Shown here: positions 48,000-57,921 of the stretch, piece by piece
Layout: each line of letters opens with the position of its first letter
Numbering within the stretch: position 1 is the first letter of the stretch
DNA from: an uncultured Desulfospira sp.
Lineage (GTDB): Bacteria > Desulfobacterota > Desulfobacteria > Desulfobacterales > Desulfobacteraceae
Length of the DNA stretch: 64,000 nt
Assembly (NCBI GenBank): GCA_963663165.1
Contig: OY760175.1
Coordinates: 5,824,001 to 5,888,000, forward strand
Reading direction: 5' to 3'
The notes under the pieces: generated by a model
What the model saw: only the letters and a program-made list of their open reading frames with translations
Databases searched by the model: none
What the model was told of the DNA's origin: nothing
Position numbers and translations under genes: made by a program

Positions 48000-48189
48000 C
48001 TTTGATTTTTTTTAAACCACCGCAGGGTAAATAAAGAATGTAAACCGGAAACGGGAAGAAGGGAGATTAAGCGTATTATTACAAATGCAGTTACCCCGGG
48101 CTTCCGATCCCCATAACCTTGACTGGGGAATTCATGGTGAATATACTGATTAAAGGCAAATAATGTAAACCCAAAATCAGGAACACTTT

Positions 48190-48465
48190 ATGTGGACCAA
48201 ATTAGGCATAGTCTCTCTTCTGGCCGGGGGGGCCACCGGCGTATTTACCGGCATATCATCTTTTATGCAGTCAGCGGATTTCTGGGAAAATCTGACGGTT
48301 TCACAGATCCTTCCCGGACCTTCCGACATGCTGGTTGACCTGATCCCCATAGAAAGTGTCCAGGACGGTATCGGCTATTGTCTGTATGACCTTCACCTGG
48401 GCTGGTTTTTTGTCGGGATTTCAATGTTCTTTTTTTTAGTCGGCTTTTTTTTTAAAGAAAATTAA
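48190..48465 (+). CDS. Small two-TM hypothetical membrane protein
   Basis: 91-aa ORF with AGGA RBS and TTGACT-N18-TATACT upstream. Confidence 0.65.
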   Translation: MWTKLGIVSLLAGGATGVFTGISSFMQSADFWENLTVSQILPGPSDMLVDLIPIESVQDGIGYCLYDLHLGWFFVGISMFFFLVGFFFKEN

Positions 48466-48504
48466 AAACATCTGGGCGATCAGAAGATTTAAGGGGGAAC
48501 ATCG

Positions 48505-49860
48505 GTGAATGATTTCCAGAAACCAGAGGCCTTTGTTTATCCTGGCCGGAGAGAATTTTTAAAGACCGCATTTTCAAGTGCCGCAGCCCTGGCCTGGGGC
48601 GCTTTTTTTTCAGGCTGCGCCCTGGATCCGGTTACCGGCAGGCAGCAGTTGATGATGATGTCCAAAGATCAGGAAATCGGCATTGACCGGCAGCAGTCAC
48701 CGTTTCAGTTTTCTTCAGATTACGGGATTTGCCCTGACCAAAAGCTTAACCAGTATATTAAAACAGTGGGGCAATCCATGCTGCCCCATGTTCACCGGCC
48801 GGATATGCCCTACCGTTTTGAATGTGTGAATGCCGTTTATATAAATGCTTACGCATTCCCAGCAGGTTCTATCGGCGTGACCCGGGGAATTTTGCTCAAG
48901 CTTGAAAATGAAGCCGAGCTGGCGTCGCTTTTGGGGCATGAGCTGGGGCATGTCAATGCCAGGCATGCCGCAGAGCAGGCGTCGAGAAGTCAGATTTCTT
49001 CGATGATTGTCGGGGGGCTGGCGGCCCTGGCCGGCACCCAGGGGGCCGGGCTCGGTGAGTTGGCCAGTCAGATGGGGGCCTTGGGCCAGGGGGTGTTTCT
49101 GTCGAGCTACAGCCGGGACAATGAACGGGAGGCTGATGAACTCGGGCATCAGTACATGGTCGGGGCTGATTATTCATCCAAAGGCTTTGTGGGGCTTATG
49201 GAGATGCTCAACTCCCTGAAAAAGGCATCCCCCTCATCGGCCCGGATGCTGTTTGCCACCCATCCCATGAGTTCCGAACGCCTGGCCTCAGCGGTCAGCC
49301 GGGACCAGGGCGTATACCGGCATACCCACGACCTGTCCTTGAACCGGGACCGGTTTATGGACGAAACCGCCCGGTTAAGACAGAACAAACAGGCAATTGA
49401 ACTCATGCAGGAAGGGGAGACCCACCTGGCCAAAGAAGATTACGGCAAAGCTCAAACCGCCTTTAAATCAGCGGTGGAAAAATGGGAAACCGATTATACC
49501 GCAAGGCTGCTGCTGGCCAAATCCCTGCTGATTCAAAAGAAAAACAAATCCGCCGCCGCCCATGCCCGCAGGGCGGTTCAGCTTTACCCGTCAGAATCGC
49601 AAGGATATTATATTTCCGGGCTTGCCGGCGTCCGGTTAAAAGCGTGGGACAGGGCCTTTAATGATTTTAAGACATGTGACGAACTGCTTGCCGGAAACCC
49701 CACGGTTACCTTCTATAAAGGGTATGCCCTGGACAACAGCAGCAAAACAAAGCCTGCGGCCAGAGAGTATGCCGCTTATCTGAAGATGGTCAACTATGCC
49801 TCAAATTCATATTCCAAGTATGCCTATCAGCGGCTCAAGGACTGGGGTTACGTTAAATAG
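48505..49860 (+). CDS. M48 family metalloprotease with TPR repeats (Tat lipoprotein)
   Basis: RREFLK Tat motif, FSGC lipobox, INAYAFP, HELGH zinc motif, YSRDNEREAD, THP. Confidence 0.93.
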   Translation: MNDFQKPEAFVYPGRREFLKTAFSSAAALAWGAFFSGCALDPVTGRQQLMMMSKDQEIGIDRQQSPFQFSSDYGICPDQKLNQYIKTVGQSMLPHVHRPDMPYRFECVNAVYINAYAFPAGSIGVTRGILLKLENEAELASLLGHELGHVNARHAAEQASRSQISSMIVGGLAALAGTQGAGLGELASQMGALGQGVFLSSYSRDNEREADELGHQYMVGADYSSKGFVGLMEMLNSLKKASPSSARMLFATHPMSSERLASAVSRDQGVYRHTHDLSLNRDRFMDETARLRQNKQAIELMQEGETHLAKEDYGKAQTAFKSAVEKWETDYTARLLLAKSLLIQKKNKSAAAHARRAVQLYPSESQGYYISGLAGVRLKAWDRAFNDFKTCDELLAGNPTVTFYKGYALDNSSKTKPAAREYAAYLKMVNYASNSYSKYAYQRLKDWGYVK

Positions 49861-50162
49861 TGTCAGAACAATAAGCCGCCCGTCTGCGGCAACCGTTGCC
49901 GATTTTTGGCGGAAGGCCTTTGCCCTGGGGTCCACCCGCCCCATGATATCTATGGTGTGGAGGAAAAAACATAATTTAAGCCCGGGGGATGCCGGCCGCC
50001 CCTGAATATTGACGCCCGGATCAAACCCTTTCATGCGCCGGCCCTTATTTCAGACCCGGATATGGCCGCAAGGGTCCGGGACAGGTTCGGCTGCCGGGGA
50101 AAATCTCTTTACGGAATTCTATAACCCTGGTATTTTTTAAGTCAAACTGTTGAATTTTAAGC

Positions 50163-50219
50163 ATGGGACTTTGGACTTGGGAAAACAGCTATGGTTATTC
50201 TTAAGTTTCAAGTCCCATG
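50163..50219. repeat. Degenerate TGGGAC-heptamer hairpin
   Basis: ATGGGACTT..AAGTCCCAT. Confidence 0.55.
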
Positions 50220-50269
50220 TCTGTAACATAAGACCTTTTAAGTTAAAGAATATTTAGGAGAGACACCAT

Positions 50270-53200
50270 ATGACTCAGGAACAGAAAAAAAAGACCCTCA
50301 TCATCGGCGGCGTGAGTTTGGTTGTTCTTTTGGTCCTGTACGCCTGTACAGGGTTTTTGATCGCCCCCATGCTGGTCAAGAAGCTTCTGCCCGAAAAACT
50401 TGGGCAGGCGCTGGGCAGAACCGTTGCCGTTGAAGACGTATCCATTAACCCATTTTTGCTGAACGTGGAAGTGGTTAATTTTTCAGTTAAGAAAAAACAG
50501 GCCCCACAGGAAGATTTCATTTCCTTTAAACGGGCCTTTGTGGATCTGTCCGGAAAAAGTTTGTTCAAGCTGGCCCCGGTGGCTTCCCAGGTGACCCTGG
50601 AAGGCCCGAGTGCCGCCATCGTCCTCAACCCGGACCAGACCTTTAATTTCAGTGATTTAATGGTGCCCTCGGAAAAAGAGCCGGCCCCAGAGAATGAAGA
50701 GAAAAAATGGTTTGGATTTTCCGTGTCCAATATCCAGATCATTGACGGAAAGATTTTGTTTTCAGACAAGGTCAGGGGAACCGATCATGCCGTTGAGGAC
50801 CTTGACGTTGACCTGCCCCTGATCAGCAGTTTTGAAAAGGACCTTGAGAACCCGGTCAATCTGGATGTCAGCCTCTTGCTCAACCAGGCCAAAATAACTT
50901 TAGGGCTTGAAAGCCGCCCCTTTTCTGCTGATCTTGAAACCCGCCTGACCCTGGCGGTTTCCGCCATGGACCTGACCCATTATCTGAACTATGTCCCGGT
51001 GCCTGAGGCCATTGCCGTTAAAAGCCTGAATTTTGGCTGTGATATCCAGGGCGATTTTGTCCAGACAGACGGCACCACCCGCTCCCTGGTTCTGCAGGGC
51101 AGTGCCGGCTTAGAACAGCTCAGCATTCAGGAAAAAGGCGGGGCAGAGGTTCTGGATCTGCCCAAACTTTCTGTAAAGCTCAACCCGTCAGACCTGCTGA
51201 AAACCCAGGTGAATCTGGAAAGCGTGATCTTAGACGCCCCCCGGATCCGTGTGGGCCGGGATAAAAACGGGACCCTCAACCTGATTTCCTATCTGGGCCT
51301 TGCCGAAGCTGCCGCAAAACAGAAGGCTGAAAATCCGGAGAATGCCCCCCCTTCTGAACCGGCTGAGGAAACCGCCGCCCCGGCATCTGACACCCCGGAA
51401 ACCGTTGCCCAGGAATCAGCGACCCCTGATACGGCGGCCACCCCGGAAGCAGCAACCAAACCGGCGCAACCGGCCGGACAGGCGTCTGCCGCACCATCCA
51501 AGGCACCGGCCATTGCCCTTAAACTGAACCAGGCCAAAGTTCAGGGCATGGTCATCTCCTTTACAGACCAGTCCAATTCTCACCCCTTTGAAATGACCAT
51601 CAATCCCCTGGACATCCAGGTGGATCAGGTCCGGTTTGACGGCACCTGTGCCACCGGCGACCTTGGCCTGTCTTTGAAAACCGGCAATAATGAAACCATT
51701 ACCGTCAAAGGCCAGTTTGCCAGTGCGCCCTTAACGCTGGATATGGATGTGGCCATGGCCGACTGGGATTTGACCCATTATGCCCCGTATTATCAGGATA
51801 TGGTGGGGTTTGACCTTAAGGGGGGAACATTTAAGGTGGCTGTGGGGATCAAGGTGGCACAGGACCCGGACAAGGCGGATGCCCCCTTGAATATCCTGGT
51901 GGAAAACAAGGCGTTTACCCTTTCTGCTCTTGACATCTGGGACCGGGTGGCCAAGGAAAGCCCGGTTAAGGTCCCTGAGCTCACCGTTACCGGATCTACC
52001 GTTGATGTGAGCAGCAAAAAGGTGAATTTGGGAAACATCGCCACATCCAACGGCCGCCTGATCATCCGGCGCAAATCCGACGGCACCTTGAACCTGGTGT
52101 CCAATTTAATGGGACAGCCCGCAACGGCCAAACCATCTTCCAAATCGGCTAAAACCGATAAAACGACCGGTAAATCCGGCAAAGCAGCCAAGTCTGCCGG
52201 CAAAGGAACCGGCCCGGAATCAGCGGACTGGCAAGTGGCCATTGGGTCTTTTGACCTGGGCGGATATGCCCTATCCTTTCAGGACAAGACCACCAAAACC
52301 CCGGTTAAACTGGATCTGTCAGACATTGCCGTTAAGGCATCGGATATCGGAACGGCCATTACCAGTAAAGGCGCGGTTGAAGCCGGCATGACCTGGAATA
52401 AAAAAGGAAAGATCAAGGCCAAAGGCGATTTTATTTTACCCGAGCTTAAATCCAACCTTAACCTTGACCTGACCCAAATCGACATCAAACCCCTGGAGCC
52501 CTATTTTACCGAGGCCATTAAAATCTCCATTACCAGCGGGTTTATCAACACCAAAGGCAAGGTGTCTTTGGACCTGAACAAAAAGCCGGAACCGGCCATT
52601 TCCTTTAAGGGTGAATCGTCTTTGAATAATTTTCTGTCCCTGGACAAGGCCACAAGCAACGATTTTTTCAAGTGCAATTCACTGAGTTTCTCCGGGGTGG
52701 ATGTGTCTATGTCCCCCATGAAAATCAATATAAAGGGGATTTCCCTTACGGATTTTTATTCGCGGCTGATACTTTCCAAAGACGGGCAGCTCAACGTCAA
52801 ACAGGTGTTTATGCAGGAAGATGAGGCCGCAACGGCGGATGCCGAGGCCGGCGCCAAGGCCAAGACGGCCAAAACCGCCCAAAGTGCCAAACCTGCCCCG
52901 AAAGCTCCTGCTGGCGGTTCTGCTGGTCCTGAAATCAATGTGGACAACATTACCCTGACCGGGGGCCACATTGAGTTTTCCGATTATTTTAACAAGCCCA
53001 ATTTTACCTCCAACATGAAGGAGATCACGGGGTCTGTTAACGGGCTTTCATCAATGGATTCGTCCAACCCGGCCCAGGTGGGGTTAAAAGGGGTCCATGG
53101 GGACTCTTCGCCCCTGGTCATATCCGGCCGGATCAGCCCTTTGACCCAGAAGAAATTTGTGGATCTCAACGTGTCCTTCAAGGATATCGAGCTGGCCAAA

Positions 53201-54112
53201 TTCTCCCCGTATTCCTCCAAGTATATCGGGCGTAAGATCCAAAAGGGAAAGCTGGTGCTGGATTTGAATTACAACATTGACGGCAACACGCTCAATTCCA
53301 AAAACCGGCTGTTTATAGACCAGTTCACCCTTGGGGAGAAAACCGAGAGCAAGGATGCCACGTCCCTGCCGGTGGGGCTGGCCATCAGCCTGCTGAAAAA
53401 CAAAAAAGGGGAGATTGATCTGGACCTGCCCATCACCGGCAACCTGGACGACCCGGAATTCAGGTTTGGTTCTGTGGTCCTCAAGGTGATCACTAACCTT
53501 ATCGTCAAGGTGGTCACGGCCCCGTTTTCCATCCTCGGGGCCATGTTTGAAGGCGGGGAAGAGCTTGGCTATGTCGAGTTTGCCCACGGAAAGGCCGTTA
53601 TTGATGCCGAAAACACCCAAAAGCTTGATAAACTGATCACGGTCCTTACCGATAAACCGGAGCTGAACCTTGAAATTCAGGGGGTATTTGATGCCATTGA
53701 AGATGCCAGGGCCATGGCCCGGGCAGGGTTTGAACATCAGCTCAAAGCCCTTAAGGTCGAAAAAACAGGCGGATCCGTGGCCGACCTTGACGGCGTGGAA
53801 ATCCCTGACCAGGAAAAGGAAGCCCTGATTCTGGAAGCCTACGAAAAGGCAGGTTTTGCCAAACCCCAGGCCCAGGATGGAACTGAAAAGCAGCTGTCAA
53901 CCGAGGAAAAACAGGTGCTGCTGGTCTCCCATGTCATTGTCAATGAGGCGGATGTCAAAGCCCTGGCCATGGCCCGGGCCGAAGCCATCAAAAACTATAT
54001 TATTTCCATGGAAAAAGTGCCCAGGGAACGGCTGTTCCTGCTTGACCCGGTGGCGGCCGACGCCAAGGACAGTGATGGCCAGTCGGTCAAAGTTCAGTTT
54101 TCTTTTAAGTAG
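50270..54112 (+). CDS. DUF748 (AsmA-like) domain protein with an OmpA-like C-terminus
   Basis: N-terminal anchor, repeated DGTLNL beta modules, SLPVGLAISLLK..GEIDLDLPITG, APFSILG, LAMARAEAIK. Confidence 0.88.
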   Translation: MTQEQKKKTLIIGGVSLVVLLVLYACTGFLIAPMLVKKLLPEKLGQALGRTVAVEDVSINPFLLNVEVVNFSVKKKQAPQEDFISFKRAFVDLSGKSLFKLAPVASQVTLEGPSAAIVLNPDQTFNFSDLMVPSEKEPAPENEEKKWFGFSVSNIQIIDGKILFSDKVRGTDHAVEDLDVDLPLISSFEKDLENPVNLDVSLLLNQAKITLGLESRPFSADLETRLTLAVSAMDLTHYLNYVPVPEAIAVKSLNFGCDIQGDFVQTDGTTRSLVLQGSAGLEQLSIQEKGGAEVLDLPKLSVKLNPSDLLKTQVNLESVILDAPRIRVGRDKNGTLNLISYLGLAEAAAKQKAENPENAPPSEPAEETAAPASDTPETVAQESATPDTAATPEAATKPAQPAGQASAAPSKAPAIALKLNQAKVQGMVISFTDQSNSHPFEMTINPLDIQVDQVRFDGTCATGDLGLSLKTGNNETITVKGQFASAPLTLDMDVAMADWDLTHYAPYYQDMVGFDLKGGTFKVAVGIKVAQDPDKADAPLNILVENKAFTLSALDIWDRVAKESPVKVPELTVTGSTVDVSSKKVNLGNIATSNGRLIIRRKSDGTLNLVSNLMGQPATAKPSSKSAKTDKTTGKSGKAAKSAGKGTGPESADWQVAIGSFDLGGYALSFQDKTTKTPVKLDLSDIAVKASDIGTAITSKGAVEAGMTWNKKGKIKAKGDFILPELKSNLNLDLTQIDIKPLEPYFTEAIKISITSGFINTKGKVSLDLNKKPEPAISFKGESSLNNFLSLDKATSNDFFKCNSLSFSGVDVSMSPMKINIKGISLTDFYSRLILSKDGQLNVKQVFMQEDEAATADAEAGAKAKTAKTAQSAKPAPKAPAGGSAGPEINVDNITLTGGHIEFSDYFNKPNFTSNMKEITGSVNGLSSMDSSNPAQVGLKGVHGDSSPLVISGRISPLTQKKFVDLNVSFKDIELAKFSPYSSKYIGRKIQKGKLVLDLNYNIDGNTLNSKNRLFIDQFTLGEKTESKDATSLPVGLAISLLKNKKGEIDLDLPITGNLDDPEFRFGSVVLKVITNLIVKVVTAPFSILGAMFEGGEELGYVEFAHGKAVIDAENTQKLDKLITVLTDKPELNLEIQGVFDAIEDARAMARAGFEHQLKALKVEKTGGSVADLDGVEIPDQEKEALILEAYEKAGFAKPQAQDGTEKQLSTEEKQVLLVSHVIVNEADVKALAMARAEAIKNYIISMEKVPRERLFLLDPVAADAKDSDGQSVKVQFSFK

Positions 54113-54151
54113 GGCTTGAACGGAAAGTCACCCTTCTGATGCGCGGCATAA

Positions 54152-54197
54152 AAAATGGCAATCTTCACAACCGCAAGGTTGTTCCGGTTGCCATTTT
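54152..54197. terminator. Probable bidirectional terminator
   Basis: AAAATGGCAA..ACAACC-GCAA-GGTTGT..TTGCCATTTT between convergent genes. Confidence 0.6.
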
Positions 54198-54245
54198 CTT
54201 AAAGAAGGCCATAAGGGGAGGTGCCGCTGGTTTCCCGGGTTTTTC

Positions 54246-55739
54246 CTATCCGGCCTGCCAGGGCAGTGTCAGGGTGACAAGGGTGCCCTTCCTGGGCGCG
54301 CTTTGGATGTGAATGTCCCCGCCGCAGTTTAACAGCACCTGCTTTGCAAAACTGAGCCCGAGGCCTTTCCGGGTTCCGGGACTGCCGGTGGTGTAGGGAT
54401 CAAACACATGGGGCAGGTCATTGGGATCAATTCCGCAGCCGGCATCGCTGATCCGGATTAAAATTCCCTTGTCCCGGACCTGGGTCGAAATACAGATGGT
54501 GCCGTCATTATCGGCGGCTTCAAATCCGTTTTGAATCACTGCGGCCAGGGCGGCTTTAAAATTTTTTTCGGGAAGGGATATCTCAGGGATCTCCCCAAAG
54601 TCCAGCTGGATATCCATATTCTGATCAAATTCCCGGCGGACTTCATCTGCCGCCTGCCCGATGATCTGATTTAAGTCGGTTTGTGTGAACGGCTCCCGGA
54701 TGGATTCAATAAACCAGCGCATGTCCCAGACCCGCCCGGATATCCTGTCAATATCATGACCCGAGTCATCAATCCTGTCCCGGAAATTGGCTTGAAGATC
54801 AGAAAGGCTGTCCCGGGATTTGAGCGGGTCAAGCTCATTGATGATCTGCATGACCGTTTGCATTGAAAAAGCCGTATCCGGGATTTCGGTAATGGCATGG
54901 CAAGCCCGGGTGTAATTTTCCACGAGAGCGGTTATTTCCCGGGAACCCTCATCCATGGCATTCAGGTTGAGCCGGATCTGTTTTACGGAATCGTCCAGAT
55001 CGTTGATGCAGGCCGATGATATGCCGGCCATCATTAACGATTTTTTGGCCTCCCGCAATTCAAGCCTGGCGGCTTTCAGGGCATTGAGGGCCTTTTCCAG
55101 GCGGTCACTTTTCACCTGGCTCATTTTTTCCAGGCTTCGGTTGTACTTGGTCAGGTTGGTTTCCGCAACGATCCGCCGGGCGATTTCTTCGTTCAGCCGG
55201 TCGTTTTTATCTTTGATTTCCTCTTTTTTTTGTTCCAGCTCATTTAAATGCCGGTAGGACCGGAACGCCGTGGTGATGGTGGTAAACAGCTTCTGGCTGG
55301 TCAGTTCGGTTTTTTCTTTGTAATCGTTAATGTCGTAATTGAGGATAATATCTTTTTCCGGGGCTTTCCCGGGCTGGCCGGTCCTGAGGATGATCCTGAT
55401 TTTCCGGTTCCCGGCTTCCTTGCGGATGAATTTGACCACTTCAAGTCCGGCATCGTCGGATTCCATGACCACATCGAGCAGGATGCAGGCAATATCCGGG
55501 TTTTCCCGGATAATCTCTTTGGCCTCTTCTCCCGAAAATGCCGATAAAAATTGGATCCCTCCCCCGTCATACTCATAATCCGACAGCACCAGCCTTGTCA
55601 TGGCGTGAACTTCGTCATCGTCATCGGCTATGAGCAGCTTATAATACCCGGTTGGCTTGCTGCCCCCTAAAGGGGAGTCCGCGGCAAAGGAGAGGAAATC
55701 ATCGGATGATAGATGGTTGCTTTCCATGTAATTTTCCAA
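54246..55739 (-). CDS. REC domain + coiled coil + HATPase signalling protein (hybrid kinase-like)
   Basis: IADDD, LLDVVME, RTGQPG, DYKEK receiver; QNGFEA, SDAGCGI, VFDPYTT, GLGLS. Confidence 0.88.
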   Translation of the reverse strand: MENYMESNHLSSDDFLSFAADSPLGGSKPTGYYKLLIADDDDEVHAMTRLVLSDYEYDGGGIQFLSAFSGEEAKEIIRENPDIACILLDVVMESDDAGLEVVKFIRKEAGNRKIRIILRTGQPGKAPEKDIILNYDINDYKEKTELTSQKLFTTITTAFRSYRHLNELEQKKEEIKDKNDRLNEEIARRIVAETNLTKYNRSLEKMSQVKSDRLEKALNALKAARLELREAKKSLMMAGISSACINDLDDSVKQIRLNLNAMDEGSREITALVENYTRACHAITEIPDTAFSMQTVMQIINELDPLKSRDSLSDLQANFRDRIDDSGHDIDRISGRVWDMRWFIESIREPFTQTDLNQIIGQAADEVRREFDQNMDIQLDFGEIPEISLPEKNFKAALAAVIQNGFEAADNDGTICISTQVRDKGILIRISDAGCGIDPNDLPHVFDPYTTGSPGTRKGLGLSFAKQVLLNCGGDIHIQSAPRKGTLVTLTLPWQAG

Positions 55740-55832
55740 AGGTCAATCGTTACGCCCTTAAGGCTTGTCCAGTCCGGTTTATGAATCATATTCAATTTAA
55801 TGGGGGTTGTCAAACCGGCTAAAGAACGGTGT

Positions 55833-56282
55833 TCAAGGCTTAAAGCGGGCCACCGGGTGCTGGCCGGCCAGACCGGCCAGGGCGGTTTGCCAAGCTTTCA
55901 GGGTTTTAAAATAAAGCAGGTGAGAGTCACAGGCGCAGTCTGAACAGCCAAACCCTGTAACTTTACCTGAGGCAGTTCGGGCTAAAAGGCCGGCCCATGT
56001 GTGCTCAAGTTTTTCCCCGGGACCTGATACCCAGATGTCCCTGACGGGCTGGTCAAGGTAATCCAAATGCCAGTGCCGCCGGACTTTGGCGGACAGATGG
56101 TGCCGGATTCTGGCCTTAAGCCCGCCCGGGCCAAAGGCACTGCCCACGTAGACGTAGTGCCCTTTTTTGAATTGGATTTTCCCCAACCGGCCCACGGGGA
56201 TGGTCCGGCCCCGGCCAAAGGTAATGACCACCAGATAGGTTCCCTTTGAAGATTCATGGGGCCGGTCATTTTTCCGGTTCAT
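55833..56282 (-). CDS. GIY-YIG / DUF123 (Uri superfamily) endonuclease
   Basis: KGTY, YVYVGSA, RIRHH, HWHLDYL, GFGCSDCACDSHL. Confidence 0.88.
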   Translation of the reverse strand: MNRKNDRPHESSKGTYLVVITFGRGRTIPVGRLGKIQFKKGHYVYVGSAFGPGGLKARIRHHLSAKVRRHWHLDYLDQPVRDIWVSGPGEKLEHTWAGLLARTASGKVTGFGCSDCACDSHLLYFKTLKAWQTALAGLAGQHPVARFKP

Positions 56283-56748
56283 GGTGCACCACCACCGCAT
56301 CCGGGTCCCGTTCGGCAATCTTTTGTGCGATGGCCGCCGGCACGATTTCAAACCGCTGGTTACACCGGACAACGGCCAGGGTTCCTTTGGAAAGTTTTTC
56401 GATCATTTCCTGGGTCACATAGAGTTTTTTTATTTTTTTGCCCACGACAAAATGATAGGGGTCTTCAAAATGGGGCTTGAGGGGGATCCGGTGTTCTTCA
56501 ACCACCTGTCTGGTCCAGGTCTCGATTTCAGCCGCCAGTTTCTCCTGGTTCAGCTGCCGGTTTTTTTCACGGTTGAGGGCTTCCTGGGCCAGCTTTTCCT
56601 GCCGGGTTTCATTGGGTTCGGATGGTACAGGCGCAAGGGATTTGTTTTTTTTCTTTTTACCGGCCCGCTTTTTGGCGGCGGCTTTTTTTACCTGTTTTTC
56701 ATTGACAAGCCCGGCCTTTAAAAGCTGCTCCTGAAATGATGTGCCCAT
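56266..56748 (-). CDS. DUF2058 (YaiL-like) protein
   Basis: SFQEQLLKAGLV, YHF..KIKKLYV, VPAAIAQKIAER. Confidence 0.9.
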   Translation of the reverse strand: MGTSFQEQLLKAGLVNEKQVKKAAAKKRAGKKKKNKSLAPVPSEPNETRQEKLAQEALNREKNRQLNQEKLAAEIETWTRQVVEEHRIPLKPHFEDPYHFVVGKKIKKLYVTQEMIEKLSKGTLAVVRCNQRFEIVPAAIAQKIAERDPDAVVVHHEPEK

Positions 56749-56861
56749 GGTGCCCCCCTGGTGATGGATGTGATAAAAATCGGTCAAAATCACGGGCAAT
56801 ATATCAAAATCTGCCCCGGTTCTTAAAGGGATTTTTCTGATGGGTTAAGTTAGGCTGGCTT

Positions 56862-57030
56862 GTGGACAACGTGGACCGGGGTGGACAGGGTGGACGGCCG
56901 CACCCTGCGCTTGCTCTAAACAATCATTCAAGCAAACGCAGGATTAAGGGCAAGTGCAAGAAATCCCGCACCTACCCTACCGCTCAAACCAGGGAACTTG
57001 ACGGTTTCGGTCTCCCGTCCTCCGGTTTCC
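56862..57030. repeat. Composite repeat region (GTGGAC 9-10-mers, a hairpin, and an inverted copy of the 6377 element)
   Basis: GTGGAC x4 at 56862-56896; CCTGCGCTTGCT..AGCAAACGCAGG; 56974..57030 matches about 6377..6440. Confidence 0.8.
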
Positions 57031-57193
57031 TTTTTATATATTATTATCCTTACCATCAAAACTGACATCACCCCGGGGCAAATTCCATGCGATCCCGCTG
57101 AGGGGGGCCGTGAAACCGGTTGACATTCATATCCAAAGTGCCAATAATTCCTAAGTTTAATTTGGCTGTGCAAGAAAGGTAAAAAAGCAAGCA

Positions 57194-57916
57194 ATGAAAC
57201 CCTTGGTCATCCTTAAAGCCGGGGACACCTTCCCGGATTTAATTGAACCGTTCAATGATTTCGAAACCTGGATCGAAACCGGGCTGGAACTGGGCACAAG
57301 GCCGGTTGAGGTGGTCGATGCCCGGACCGCTGAAACCCTGCCGGCCCCCGGTCAAATACAGGGCGCTGTCATTTCCGGGTCCCACGCCTATGTCACCGAT
57401 GGCCTTGACTGGAGCCTAAAGCTGGAAGCCTGGACCCGGGAACTGGTCCGCTGCCGGGTGCCGGTTCTGGGTATCTGCTACGGCCATCAGATTTTAGGCA
57501 AAGCCCTGGGCGGGACAGTGGATTTTCATCCCGTAAGCCTTGAAATCGGTACCCGGGATATAGCGCTGACCCGTTCTGCAACAGGTGATCCCCTGTTCCA
57601 GGGGCTGCCCCGGCAGTTTAAAGCCCATGTCTTTCATTCCCAGTCGGTGACCGTTTTACCCCCTGAAGCGATCCTGTTGGCCAAAAATTCATTTGAGCCC
57701 CACCAGGCCTTCCGGGTGGGGGACAATGCCTGGGGGGTCCAGTTCCACCCCGAAGCCTTTGCCGCCATTACCAAAGGATATATTCAACATCTGGAAGCCG
57801 ATGTCCGGGCATCGGGCCAGGACCCGGATACCCTCATTGATCAGTTGGAAGAGACCCCTTTTGCGGCGTCCATTTTAAAGCGGTTTTCCAGCCTGGTTTC
57901 TGGATACAGACAATAG
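57194..57916 (+). CDS. Type 1 glutamine amidotransferase (YfeJ/GMP-synthase-like)
   Basis: ISGS, GICYGHQ, GVQFHPE catalytic triad; TTGACA-N17-AATAAT upstream. Confidence 0.93.
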   Translation: MKPLVILKAGDTFPDLIEPFNDFETWIETGLELGTRPVEVVDARTAETLPAPGQIQGAVISGSHAYVTDGLDWSLKLEAWTRELVRCRVPVLGICYGHQILGKALGGTVDFHPVSLEIGTRDIALTRSATGDPLFQGLPRQFKAHVFHSQSVTVLPPEAILLAKNSFEPHQAFRVGDNAWGVQFHPEAFAAITKGYIQHLEADVRASGQDPDTLIDQLEETPFAASILKRFSSLVSGYRQ

Positions 57917-57921
57917 ATGCC

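Noticed and set aside
49807..50100. Possible small or decayed gene after the M48 peptidase
   Set aside because: No recognisable motif or RBS, and it overlaps the peptidase end
54152..54197. c-di-GMP riboswitch (GCAA tetraloop hairpin)
   Set aside because: It lies between convergent stop codons and lacks the second stem and consensus; better explained as a terminator
56960..57115. 6S RNA
   Set aside because: The core is duplicated near 6390 within heptamer repeats, so it is a repeat; no long rod with a central bubble
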